Assembly: GCA_029210695.1 (NCBI GenBank)
Contig: JARGFH010000044.1
Coordinates: 1-32,353, forward strand
Source: Acidimicrobiia bacterium
GTDB lineage: Bacteria > Actinomycetota > Acidimicrobiia > Spongiisociales > JAHEDJ01
Reading direction: 5' to 3'
DNA: 32,353 nt
Part shown: positions 9,210 through 17,642 of the stretch, piece by piece
Layout: each line of letters opens with the position of its first letter
Numbering within the stretch: position 1 is the stretch's first letter
Notes under the pieces: generated by a model
What the model was told of the DNA's origin: nothing
The model's input: the letters and a program-made list of their open reading frames with translations, nothing else
Databases searched by the model: none
Made by a program: the position numbers and the translations under genes

Positions 9210-10415
9210 ATGCAGCGCACTCTTCTCCTCCTACTCACCACTCAGCCGTTTGTGAATCGGCGTCGAACCAGGCGATCGTGGCGGCCGAGCAGATGGGCGC
9301 TGGCCAATCCGATAGAACGGTCGGTCCAGGACACCCTTCGCTTGACTTATTTGACGGCCCGTCCGATGCGAGAGGGGCTCGATGCCCGGTCGGCCGCTCG
9401 ATCGGCCCGTGCTATCAGAGAACTCGTCGGAGTGGCGGCGGTTGCCATCACCGACGTCAAAGACGTTCTCGCCTACAGCGGCATCGGGCATCGTCATCAT
9501 GGAGTCGGAGACCTTCAGGTCTTTGAGATCGGTGAGGCGGCGATCCGGACCGGTGGATCCAGGGCGTCCAGATCGGGCCTGGTTTGTGATCGGCTCGATT
9601 GCCCGATCGGTGAAACCGTGGCCGTCCCCTTGCGGGCCGGGTCTGAGGTGATGGGTAGCCTCATTCTGCTGCGCCTGAAGGATCAGCCGGTGACCCTCGG
9701 CCTCATTCGCGCCGCCCGCGAGGTCGCCAGGCAGCTTTCAAATCAGCTCCAACTGGCGGAGGGCGACGTAACCCGCCAGGAGCTCCTGAGGGCCAGAACG
9801 GTGGCCCTTCGTGCTCAGATCAGCCCTCATTTCGCCTACAACACGCTCACCGCCATTGGAAGCATGGTGCGTAGAGATGCCGAGCGGGCCAGAGAACTAC
9901 TGATTCAGTTCGCCGAGTTCTCACGCTACATCCTGCGGAACGACCGCATCAACACGACGCTCTCGGACGAACTGCGCAACGTTCACACATACCTCGAACT
10001 TCAGCGAGCCAGGCACGGAGACCGGCTCGAGGTCGTATTCAGAGTCGATCCCGAGGTCTTGCCGATCACGATTCCGATGCTCCTGCTGCAACCCCTGGTG
10101 GAGAACGCGGTTCAACATGGTCTCGAGCGGCGTGAGGGGATCTGGCGGGTATCGATTGATGCGGAGGACCGGGACGACGACGTCTACCTGTCCGTGTCGG
10201 ACAACGGTGTCGGCATGTCCGATGAGGCGATTGCCTCGATCACGGCTTCAGTCGGCGAGCCTGGTGAAGGGTCGGTCGGTCTGGCCAACATCCAGGAGCG
10301 ACTCCGCTCGACGTATGGCGAGCATTACGGGCTACATTTCGAATCCGAGCCAGGTTCCGGCACGCGGGTCTCCATGCTCGTTCCCAAGTATCGTGCCGGG
10401 GTGATCCAACCGTGA
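9210..10415 (+). CDS. LytS/YehU-type histidine kinase (GAF, His_kinase, HATPase) without the 5TM sensor domain
   Basis: LRAQISPHFAYNTL H-box, LQPLVENAVQHG N-box, VSDNGVGM, VGLANIQERL, GTRVSM. Start uncertain (ATG 9210 or GTG 9252). Confidence 0.9.
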   Translation: MQRTLLLLLTTQPFVNRRRTRRSWRPSRWALANPIERSVQDTLRLTYLTARPMREGLDARSAARSARAIRELVGVAAVAITDVKDVLAYSGIGHRHHGVGDLQVFEIGEAAIRTGGSRASRSGLVCDRLDCPIGETVAVPLRAGSEVMGSLILLRLKDQPVTLGLIRAAREVARQLSNQLQLAEGDVTRQELLRARTVALRAQISPHFAYNTLTAIGSMVRRDAERARELLIQFAEFSRYILRNDRINTTLSDELRNVHTYLELQRARHGDRLEVVFRVDPEVLPITIPMLLLQPLVENAVQHGLERREGIWRVSIDAEDRDDDVYLSVSDNGVGMSDEAIASITASVGEPGEGSVGLANIQERLRSTYGEHYGLHFESEPGSGTRVSMLVPKYRAGVIQP

Positions 10416-11185
10416 TCTTCTCCAAGGTGCTCGTCGTCGACGACGAACAGCACGCTCGTGACGACCTGGCCTATTTGCTCGAGGCGGCAGGTGCAGCCGA
10501 AGAGATCCAGACGGCCGCCGGCGCAACCGAAGCTCTGGTCTTGCTGCAGGATGAACCTGCCGATGTCGTGTTCCTCGACATCCGGATGCCCGGCCTCGAC
10601 GGAATCCAACTCGCCAAGACGCTCGGGCAGTTCTCCGATCCGCCTGCTGTTGTGTTCGTCAGTGCCCACGAAGAGCATGCGGTGGAGGCGTTCGCGATCG
10701 ATGCAACCGATTACCTGCTCAAGCCCGTCTCAATGGAACGCCTCACGGCGACGCTTCGGCGTCTCGAGAGCCGGGTGGCAGGGAGGTCGGCCGGCGCCTC
10801 CGCGCAGGTTGGAGCAGAGCGCACAGAGGACGACGCGCTGCCCTTCGTCGCCGTCGAGGTAGCGGGCAAGACCCGTCTCATCGATCGGGGCGAGATCCGC
10901 TACGTCGAGTCCGAAGGCGACTATGTGCGCCTCCACACCTTCAAGGACTCATACCTGGTGCGCCGGTCGCTCTCGTCGCTGGCGGAACGGTGGTCCTCCG
11001 AGGGTTTTGTTCGCGTTCATCGCAGCTTCCTCGTGAATCTCCGCCACGTCATTGAGATTCAGCCGTACTTCAATCAGACCCTGATCGTGAGGCTCAACGA
11101 CTCAGGCGAGACCAAGATCCCGGTCAGTCGTCGGCGAGCAAGACAACTTCGTGAGCGCTTGGGCCTCGGTACCACGGGCCGATGA
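10412..11185 (+). CDS. LytTR-family response regulator
   Basis: Receiver VLVVDDE, VFLDIRMPGLDG, DYLLKP; LytTR domain YVESEGDYVRLHT, FVRVHRSFLVNL, IPVSRR. Confidence 0.95.
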   Translation: MIFSKVLVVDDEQHARDDLAYLLEAAGAAEEIQTAAGATEALVLLQDEPADVVFLDIRMPGLDGIQLAKTLGQFSDPPAVVFVSAHEEHAVEAFAIDATDYLLKPVSMERLTATLRRLESRVAGRSAGASAQVGAERTEDDALPFVAVEVAGKTRLIDRGEIRYVESEGDYVRLHTFKDSYLVRRSLSSLAERWSSEGFVRVHRSFLVNLRHVIEIQPYFNQTLIVRLNDSGETKIPVSRRRARQLRERLGLGTTGR

Positions 11186-11475
11186 GGGACGACCGCAACA
11201 CGGCACTCGATCCGATCTACCTTCGTACGGTTCTGAGGGTCAATTTGTCGACGTCGCTCTTCTATTTCGGGCTCTTCTTGCTCGTCATACTCGGCGGTCC
11301 GATCGTCTTCTGGCTGTTTCCATCGTTGGCGACGACCTACCTGTGGTCGCTGCCACTTCCGTGGCTGTTTCTCGGAGTCGCCGGATTCCCGATGCTGGTG
11401 CTCATCGCCTGGAGCTACCTCGGCGCAGTCGAGGAGGATGAGGACGAGTTCTCAGACCTGGTGGATACGCCGTGA
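11182..11475 (+). CDS. Small 2-TM symporter partner protein (DUF485-like)
   Basis: Two hydrophobic segments, LPWLFLGVAGFP, acidic tail EDEFSDLV; 4-bp overlaps on both sides. Confidence 0.75.
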   Translation: MRDDRNTALDPIYLRTVLRVNLSTSLFYFGLFLLVILGGPIVFWLFPSLATTYLWSLPLPWLFLGVAGFPMLVLIAWSYLGAVEEDEDEFSDLVDTP

Positions 11476-13181
11476 CATTGACGACGATCTTCGTAGGAGC
11501 GGTGATCGTCGCCACTTTCACTATCGGCCTGTTCGGCATAAGGATCGCCCGCACCACATCGGACTTCTTCGTCGCCACCCGGGCGGTCGGGTCGATCTGG
11601 AACGCTTCCGCCATCTCGGGCGAGTACCTCTCCGCGGCCTCTTTTCTCGGCATTGCCGGATTAGTCATGAAGTTCGGGGCTAGGGCGATGTGGTTTCCAC
11701 TCGGTTATGCGGCCGGGTATGTGATGTTGCTGCTCTTTGTCGCGGCACCCCTCAGGCGCTTCGGTGCCTACACGATCCCGGACTTCGCCGAGGGGCGCTT
11801 TGCCAGCCGGCGCCTCCGACGCATCGCCGCACTCCTGGTTCTCCTCATCGGGTGGTTCTACCTCGTTCCTCAGATGAAGGGCGCAGGTGTGACTCTCGAA
11901 CTCCTCGCCGGCGTGCCCTACTGGGTAGGCGTGGTCGTCGTGGGGGTCCTCGTCATTGCAGCCGTGGCATTTGGCGGGATGAAGGGCATCACCTATGTGC
12001 AGGCCTTCCATTTCTGGACCAAGCTCACTGCGATTTCATTCTCGGCTCTGGTTCTGCTGATTGCGCTCGGCTGGTCGTCCGGCGCTCGCACTCCATTTGC
12101 GGCCGGATTGCCGACTTTCCCCGATGACACAGAAGTTACCTTCGCTCGCGACACCCGGTTGGAGGTGCCGGAGTCGATCGTCGTTGCCGTCAACGGTGCG
12201 GCGGTTGTGTGGTCGGCGGGCGAAATCGAGGTGCCTGCCGGCACGAAGGCGGCGTTCGCCGCGGGTGACGTGGCTCCGACGGCGTCATCGATCGGCGCCA
12301 GGGACGGCACGGCCTGGACCGTGCCGTTCCCGGATGGTGAGCGGTACGGTCTGCTGGGCGCCGTTTCGCTCCTGATCGCCACCGTGCTCGGGACAATGGG
12401 GTTGCCACACATCCTCGTGCGGTTCTACACGAATCGCGACGCACCGTCGGCCAGGCGCACGGCAGTCGTGATCCTCGGATTTGTCGGGGTCTTCTACTTC
12501 TTCCCCTGGATCTATGGAGCGCTGGGCAGGGTGTGGGTTCCCGAGTTGTACGTGACCGGCGATACCGACACCGTGGTGCTGGCGCTGCCCCGTCTGCTCG
12601 ATGGGACCCTCGGCGAGTTCATCTCGGCGCTGGTGGCGGCCGGCGCCTTCTCCGCGTTCATCTCGACGTCATCCGGACTCCTGATCAGCGTCGCCGGGGC
12701 GTTGAGCCACGACCTCTACGCGCAACTCCTGCGCCCTGCCGCTTCGGCTGCTCGAAGGCTCTGGTACTTCAGGGCAGGGGCCGTATTCGGTGGGATCGTG
12801 GCGATCGGGCTCGGTTTGCTCGCCCGGCCGTTCGACATCAACATTCTGGTCGGATGGGCGTTCGCCATCGCCGCCAGCGCCTTCTGTCCGCTCTTGATTC
12901 TCGGCATTTGGTGGCGAGGGCTGGCCGCCCGCGGTGCCGCCCTTGGGATGATCGTTGGGGGAACCACCGCCACGGCCGCCATTCTCGTAACCATGCTTGG
13001 TGACGTCGATGGGTTGTTGGGGGCGCTACTGGCGCAGCCGGCGGTGGTGACGGTTCCTCTGGCGTTTGCCGTCATGATCCTGTTCTCCTGGCGGGCACGT
13101 CCCCCCCGTCACGCCGACCGCTTGCTGCTGAGAATGCACATGCCCGAACGTGCTTCGGAACTGCTGCGAATGGAGCTCTAA
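11472..13181 (+). CDS. ActP-like cation/acetate symporter (SLC5/SSF)
   Basis: SDFFVA, NASAISGEYLSAASFLG, YTIPDFAEGRF, GGMKGITYVQ, GTMGLPHILVRFYT, AFAIAASAFCP. Confidence 0.92.
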   Translation: MTLTTIFVGAVIVATFTIGLFGIRIARTTSDFFVATRAVGSIWNASAISGEYLSAASFLGIAGLVMKFGARAMWFPLGYAAGYVMLLLFVAAPLRRFGAYTIPDFAEGRFASRRLRRIAALLVLLIGWFYLVPQMKGAGVTLELLAGVPYWVGVVVVGVLVIAAVAFGGMKGITYVQAFHFWTKLTAISFSALVLLIALGWSSGARTPFAAGLPTFPDDTEVTFARDTRLEVPESIVVAVNGAAVVWSAGEIEVPAGTKAAFAAGDVAPTASSIGARDGTAWTVPFPDGERYGLLGAVSLLIATVLGTMGLPHILVRFYTNRDAPSARRTAVVILGFVGVFYFFPWIYGALGRVWVPELYVTGDTDTVVLALPRLLDGTLGEFISALVAAGAFSAFISTSSGLLISVAGALSHDLYAQLLRPAASAARRLWYFRAGAVFGGIVAIGLGLLARPFDINILVGWAFAIAASAFCPLLILGIWWRGLAARGAALGMIVGGTTATAAILVTMLGDVDGLLGALLAQPAVVTVPLAFAVMILFSWRARPPRHADRLLLRMHMPERASELLRMEL

Positions 13182-13297
13182 TAGCGCTGTCAAAGGGGGC
13201 GGCACCAGACGAAGCGACGGGTGAATTTCCGTCGAACCCATGAGCCAGAACTGAACGGCAGAACAGTTCTTCGTTGCACTCGCTTGGCTGCGCCGAG

Positions 13298-13398
13298 CGG
13301 TCCGTTCATCCGATGACCGGTCTGTTCGCCGCCGATTGACGCAGCAAAGCGCCGCTCAACGCATTCCCCCGCCGCGAAGAGAGATGGCGTCGTACCTT
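13298..13398 (+). promoter_or_regulatory. Putative LytTR-activated promoter of the DUF4212-symporter operon
   Basis: Direct repeats GCCGATTGACGCA (13331) and GCCGCTCAACGCA (13351); a further pair CGGTCCGTTC/CGGTCTGTTC (13298, 13318); -10-like TACCTT at 13393. Confidence 0.5.
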
Positions 13399-13458
13399 CC
13401 TCGTGACGAGCCCCCGGGTGCCCCAGGGGCACCCATGCATGGAAGGGAGGTCGAAGCG

Positions 13459-13734
13459 GTGGATCAAGCCATAAAGGACTACTGGCGACGGAACGTACGC
13501 CTCAAACTCATCTTGTTGTCGATCTGGGCGTTTGTCTCGATCGTCTTGTCGATTCTCTTGATCGATGTTCTCAACGAGGCATCAATCGGAGGATTTCCAC
13601 TCGGATTCTGGATGGCGCAGCAGGGATCGATCTTTGTGTTTGTTGTTCTCATCTTCGTATATGCGAAGACTATGGATCGCTACGACACGGAGCTTGAAGC
13701 AACGCTGCAGGGAATGTCGGGAGGTAGCGCATGA
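13459..13734 (+). CDS. DUF4212 small symporter subunit
   Basis: YWRRNVRL and GGFPLGFWMAQQGSIFVFVVLIFVYA motifs; GTG 13459 follows SD GGGAGG. Confidence 0.9.
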   Translation: MDQAIKDYWRRNVRLKLILLSIWAFVSIVLSILLIDVLNEASIGGFPLGFWMAQQGSIFVFVVLIFVYAKTMDRYDTELEATLQGMSGGSA

Positions 13735-15410
13735 GCGTCGAAGTCTGGACGTGGATCGTTGTCGGCCTGACCTTCGCGCTCTACATCTATATCGCTCTGC
13801 GACAGCGGGCGAGGGATACCGAGGGCTTCTACGTGGCAGGCCACGGAGTTCCCGCGGTCGCCAACGGCATGGCCGTTGCCGCCGACTGGATGTCGGCTGC
13901 ATCGTTCATTTCGATGGCAGGCATCATCGCCTTCCTCGGTTCGGACGGTTCCGTCTACCTCATGGGTTGGACGGGCGGCTATGTGCTGCTGGCGCTGCTG
14001 CTGGCACCGTATCTGCGTAAGTTCGGCAAGTACACCGTTCCCGACTTCGTCGGCGATCGCTACTACAGCCAAACTGCCCGCATTGTCGCACTGGTGGCGG
14101 CGATCTTCGTTTCGTTCACCTACGTGGCCGGCCAGATGCGCGGCGTCGGGATCGTGTTCTCGCGGTTCCTGAACCTCGATATCAACGTCGGTGTGTTCGT
14201 TGGCATGGCGATCGTCACGGTCTATGCCGTCACCGGCGGCATGAAGGGCATCACCTGGACTCAGGTAGCGCAGTATTCGGTGCTGATCATCGCCTACTTG
14301 ATTCCGGCCATTGCCATCGCCTCGAAGCTGACGGGAATGCCGATCCCTCAGCTTGGCTTCGGCGGCGTGCTCGACGATCTGAACGCGATCCAGACGGATC
14401 TCGGATTCGGAGCGTATACGGAAGCCTTTTCGTCACTTTCGACGTTGAACGTCCTGTTCATCACGATTGCGCTCATGACGGGTACGGCCGGGTTGCCACA
14501 CGTGATCGTGCGGTTCTATACGACGAAGACGGTGCGGGATGCCCGCTGGTCGGCTGGATGGGCTTTGTTCTTCATCGCCATCCTCTATACGACGGCTCCG
14601 GCAGTTGCGGCCTTCGCCAAGACGAACCTGATGGACACGGTGTCGAACCAGCCGTACGAGCAGGTCAAGGCTGAGAACTCCTGGTTCGGCTCATGGGAGG
14701 AAACCGGTCTGCTCAGCTTCGATGACAAGAACGGCGACGGGATCATCAACTACCAGGCAGGCGACGGCAACGAACTGACCGTCGACCGCGACATCATGGT
14801 GCTCGCCAACCCGGAGATCGCGGGTCTCGCCGCCCCGATCACTGCGCTTGTGGCGGCAGGCGGCCTGGCCGCTGCACTATCGACGGCGTCCGGTCTTCTT
14901 CTGGTGATTGGATCTTCGATCGGGCACGACCTCTATACGAAGGTGTTGAAACGAGGCACCAATGAGGCTCAGCGGCTGCGTGCCGGTCGGATCGCGATGG
15001 GCGGCGGCGTGCTGGTTGCCGGCTACTTCGGGATCAACCCGCCCGGGTTCGTTGCGGAGGTGGTGGCATTCGCCTTCGGCCTTGCCGCGGCGAGTTTCTT
15101 CCCGGTCATCGTGTTGGGGATCTTCTGGAAGAAGGCCACGAAGGAGGGCGCGATTGCCGGGATGGCCATCGGCATGACGTTCACCTTCGTGTACATCGTG
15201 ATGACGGCCAACGGTCTGATGGACATCGATCCCTGGCTCTTCGACATCTCGCCGCAGGGCATCGGGACGGTCGGTATGGTCCTCAACCTGGTCACCACCT
15301 ACGTTGTCTCGAAGATGACGAAGGAACCGCCCGCCGAGGTCCAGGAACTCGTCGAGAGTCTCCGGATCCCCGAGGTGGCCAGCGCCTACCTCAAGGAGGG
15401 CAAGGCCTAG
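13731..15410 (+). CDS. actP: Sodium:solute symporter, ActP-like VC_2705 subfamily (probable acetate permease)
   Basis: NGMAVAADWMSAASFISMAG, YLMGWTGGYVLLALLLAPYLRKFGKYTVPDF, GTAGLPHVIVRFYT, DKNGDG loop, DRDIMVLANPEIA; DUF4212 partner. The symbol is a family-level assignment. Confidence 0.92.
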   Translation: MSVEVWTWIVVGLTFALYIYIALRQRARDTEGFYVAGHGVPAVANGMAVAADWMSAASFISMAGIIAFLGSDGSVYLMGWTGGYVLLALLLAPYLRKFGKYTVPDFVGDRYYSQTARIVALVAAIFVSFTYVAGQMRGVGIVFSRFLNLDINVGVFVGMAIVTVYAVTGGMKGITWTQVAQYSVLIIAYLIPAIAIASKLTGMPIPQLGFGGVLDDLNAIQTDLGFGAYTEAFSSLSTLNVLFITIALMTGTAGLPHVIVRFYTTKTVRDARWSAGWALFFIAILYTTAPAVAAFAKTNLMDTVSNQPYEQVKAENSWFGSWEETGLLSFDDKNGDGIINYQAGDGNELTVDRDIMVLANPEIAGLAAPITALVAAGGLAAALSTASGLLLVIGSSIGHDLYTKVLKRGTNEAQRLRAGRIAMGGGVLVAGYFGINPPGFVAEVVAFAFGLAAASFFPVIVLGIFWKKATKEGAIAGMAIGMTFTFVYIVMTANGLMDIDPWLFDISPQGIGTVGMVLNLVTTYVVSKMTKEPPAEVQELVESLRIPEVASAYLKEGKA

Positions 15411-15431
15411 AGCACTCCGGGCCTGAACAGG

Positions 15432-15463
15432 AAAGCGGGGAAGTTGGTGCTTCCCCGCTTTTC
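15432..15463 (+). terminator. Intrinsic terminator
   Basis: Stem AAAGCGGGGAAG / CTTCCCCGCTTT with a 6-nt loop, ending in TTTT, about 20 bp after the stop codon. Confidence 0.85.
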
Positions 15464-15466
15464 TGT

Positions 15467-15564
15467 GTCGCGGGTCGCGGGTCGCGGGTCGCGGGTCGCG
15501 GGTCGCGGGTCGCGGGTCGCGGGTCGCGGGTCGCGGGTCGCTGGTCGCGGGTCGCGGGTCGCGT
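15467..15564. repeat. Near-perfect heptamer tandem repeat (GTCGCGG) x14
   Basis: 12 perfect units, one GTCGCTG variant and a terminal GTCGCGT. Confidence 0.95.
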
Positions 15565-15617
15565 GAAGCCCACATCTGCGGGCTCTGCCGGGCGAGTGCC
15601 CACTAACCTGCGTTTCG

Positions 15618-17384
15618 ATGCAACACGCAATCTTTCGGTTCCTATCCGAGATGACCGCGTTCGCCGGCGTTCGCCCGGCGGATATCGATGACTTGATCGA
15701 GGACATAACCGAAGCGGCTGCTGTCGGAGGCGAGGTCGTCACTCCACCAGGTCCCGTCGCCGTGATGTTCGGCGGGCTGCGGATCAGTGATCAGGAGGGC
15801 CGCAGCGTCGATGTCGTGGGCGCCGGCGAATTCTGGGTGCCGAGCCCGGGCCACACCGCCACGGCATCTTCCGCAACCACGTACCTTCTGCTCCCGGATC
15901 GGGCAATCGACCTGGCGTGGGAGGGCGAGGCAGGTCGGGCAGTTCTGGCCGGGCGGCAACGGACCGCCGGCGACGACCTTCGACTCACCTCGCGCCTGGT
16001 CTCCGACGTGATGGCCGCACCTCTCGTGGTCGGCGGGCACCTCGCGGCGCAGGCGGTGGCCGAGGCCATGACCCTGGAGGGGGCCACCGCAGCACTCGTC
16101 ACGGTTGGGGACCGTCTCGGAATCGTCACAGATCAGGACTTCAGGGCCAGGATGGTGGCGATCGGTCGGGACTCCTCCGGCCCCGTTCGTGACATCGCCA
16201 CCTTCCCGGTTACGACCATCGAATCCGGCGATCGTCTCCTGACGGCCCTGGAAGTGATGGTCGACCAGGGAATCAAGCACCTTCCCGTTCTGTTCGACGG
16301 TCGTCCGGTCGGCATGCTGGCCGATAGCGATCTATTCGGGACGATCGACGAGAGTCCATTCGCCATTCGCAGCGCGATTCGCAGCGCTCGGACCCCGGGC
16401 GCACTCGCCGAGGTCTATGCATCGATGCCCAGAATCGTTGAGCGGCTGCTGTCGCAGGGCATGGAAGGTATGGCCATCTCACGGCTGCTGGCCAACTTCG
16501 CAGAAGCCGCCACCGCCCGGGCCATAGAGTGGGCGACGGCTGAGCTCGGTCCCGCCCCCGGCTCCTACGCCTGGGTTGCCTTCGGGAGCCTCGCCCGGCG
16601 TGAACTCGCACTGCTTCCCGACCAGGATCACGCCCTCGTCGTGCCAAACGGGCTGGGCTCCAATCCCTGGTTTGATGGGATGGCCTCTCACGTGACCAGG
16701 GTTCTCGAGGAGGTCGGATACCCGCGCTGCAGTGGGGCGGTGATGGCCTCAGAACCGGATTGGCGCGGCGAGGAAGGCGAGTGGGAGCGGCGGTGGATTG
16801 CCTATCTGCTCGATGCCAGCCCGGTCCATCTTCTCGAATCGCAGATCGTCTTCGACTCGAGGGTCATCGCCGGAGATGCGACCCTGGCCGGTTCGTTCGC
16901 GGAGTTGCGTACGCGAGCCAGGAACGCAGGTCCCTTCCTCGCCTTGCTCGCCAAGCGGGCGGCCGACTTCCGTCCCCCGCTCGGGTTCATGGGGCGGATG
17001 CAGACCGAGCGGGGCGGCGACCACGCAGGAACGTTTGACCTCAAGGCGGGAGCGATCCTCCCGATTGTTCAGTTCGCCCGGATTCATGCCCTCGTCATCG
17101 ATGCTCCGATGGTCGGCACGATCGGCCGCCTGGAAGCGGCTGCGGCGGCGGGCGAGGTATCGGACGAGTTGTCCTCAATGCTCATCGAGGGTTACGAGCT
17201 TGCAACCACGATTCGTCTCGAACACCAGGTGGCACGCTGGCGGTTGGGCGAATCGCCAGACAACCGCATCAACCCCGACGAGTTGACGAGCTGGCGGCGA
17301 ATGGGCCTGCGGGAAGTGTTCAAGGCGATCAAGTCCGCCCAGGAGGCTCTGGCGCTCAACTTCTCGTCGGGGCTTGTGTCATGA
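15618..17384 (+). CDS. Degenerate cNMP-like / CBS pair / DUF294 nucleotidyltransferase / DUF294_C protein
   Basis: CBS motifs LGIVTDQDFR and GIKHLPVL; pol-beta NTase motif FGSLARRELALLPDQDHAL; GYPRCSGAVMASEPDW; C-terminal FDLKAGAILPIVQFARIHAL. Confidence 0.9.
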   Translation: MQHAIFRFLSEMTAFAGVRPADIDDLIEDITEAAAVGGEVVTPPGPVAVMFGGLRISDQEGRSVDVVGAGEFWVPSPGHTATASSATTYLLLPDRAIDLAWEGEAGRAVLAGRQRTAGDDLRLTSRLVSDVMAAPLVVGGHLAAQAVAEAMTLEGATAALVTVGDRLGIVTDQDFRARMVAIGRDSSGPVRDIATFPVTTIESGDRLLTALEVMVDQGIKHLPVLFDGRPVGMLADSDLFGTIDESPFAIRSAIRSARTPGALAEVYASMPRIVERLLSQGMEGMAISRLLANFAEAATARAIEWATAELGPAPGSYAWVAFGSLARRELALLPDQDHALVVPNGLGSNPWFDGMASHVTRVLEEVGYPRCSGAVMASEPDWRGEEGEWERRWIAYLLDASPVHLLESQIVFDSRVIAGDATLAGSFAELRTRARNAGPFLALLAKRAADFRPPLGFMGRMQTERGGDHAGTFDLKAGAILPIVQFARIHALVIDAPMVGTIGRLEAAAAAGEVSDELSSMLIEGYELATTIRLEHQVARWRLGESPDNRINPDELTSWRRMGLREVFKAIKSAQEALALNFSSGLVS

Positions 17385-17450
17385 TCATCGGTTGACGGCT
17401 GTGATGTGGCTCGCCCGGCGGCCATGTCTGCGACGGAGAGGAGGACGACG

Positions 17451-17639
17451 ATGGATCGTCGCGGTCAACGCCTGGCCGCGGTTTCCGTGTTCGGCGCGCT
17501 CGCCCTCAACTATCCACTGATGACGCTGGCGTCCTCGGATGGCACGTTGCTCGGAGTTCCGGTGCTCTACCTGTACTTGTTTGTTTGGTGGGCTGTGCTC
17601 ATCGGGGTCATGGCCTTCGTCATCGAGCGAAGGCGCTGA
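17451..17639 (+). CDS. Small 2-TM protein preceding the SLC5-kinase (CbrX-like position)
   Basis: Strong SD GGAGAGGAGGA; QRLAAVSVFGALALNYPL and GVPVLYLYLFVWWAVLI; stops 3 nt before the kinase start. Confidence 0.8.
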   Translation: MDRRGQRLAAVSVFGALALNYPLMTLASSDGTLLGVPVLYLYLFVWWAVLIGVMAFVIERRR

Positions 17640-17642
17640 GCG

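Noticed and set aside
14724..14760. EF-hand-like DKNGDG loop in the second symporter as a novelty
   Set aside because: This is a usual feature of the VC_2705 subfamily.
14877..15742. Minus-strand ORFs with PATRDPR repeats
   Set aside because: They are translations of the heptamer DNA repeat and overlap real plus-strand genes.
17400..17415. CRP/GlxR-like site TGTGA-N6-TCGCC (and TGTGATGTG at 27194)
   Set aside because: Only one good half-site in each case; too weak without comparative data.
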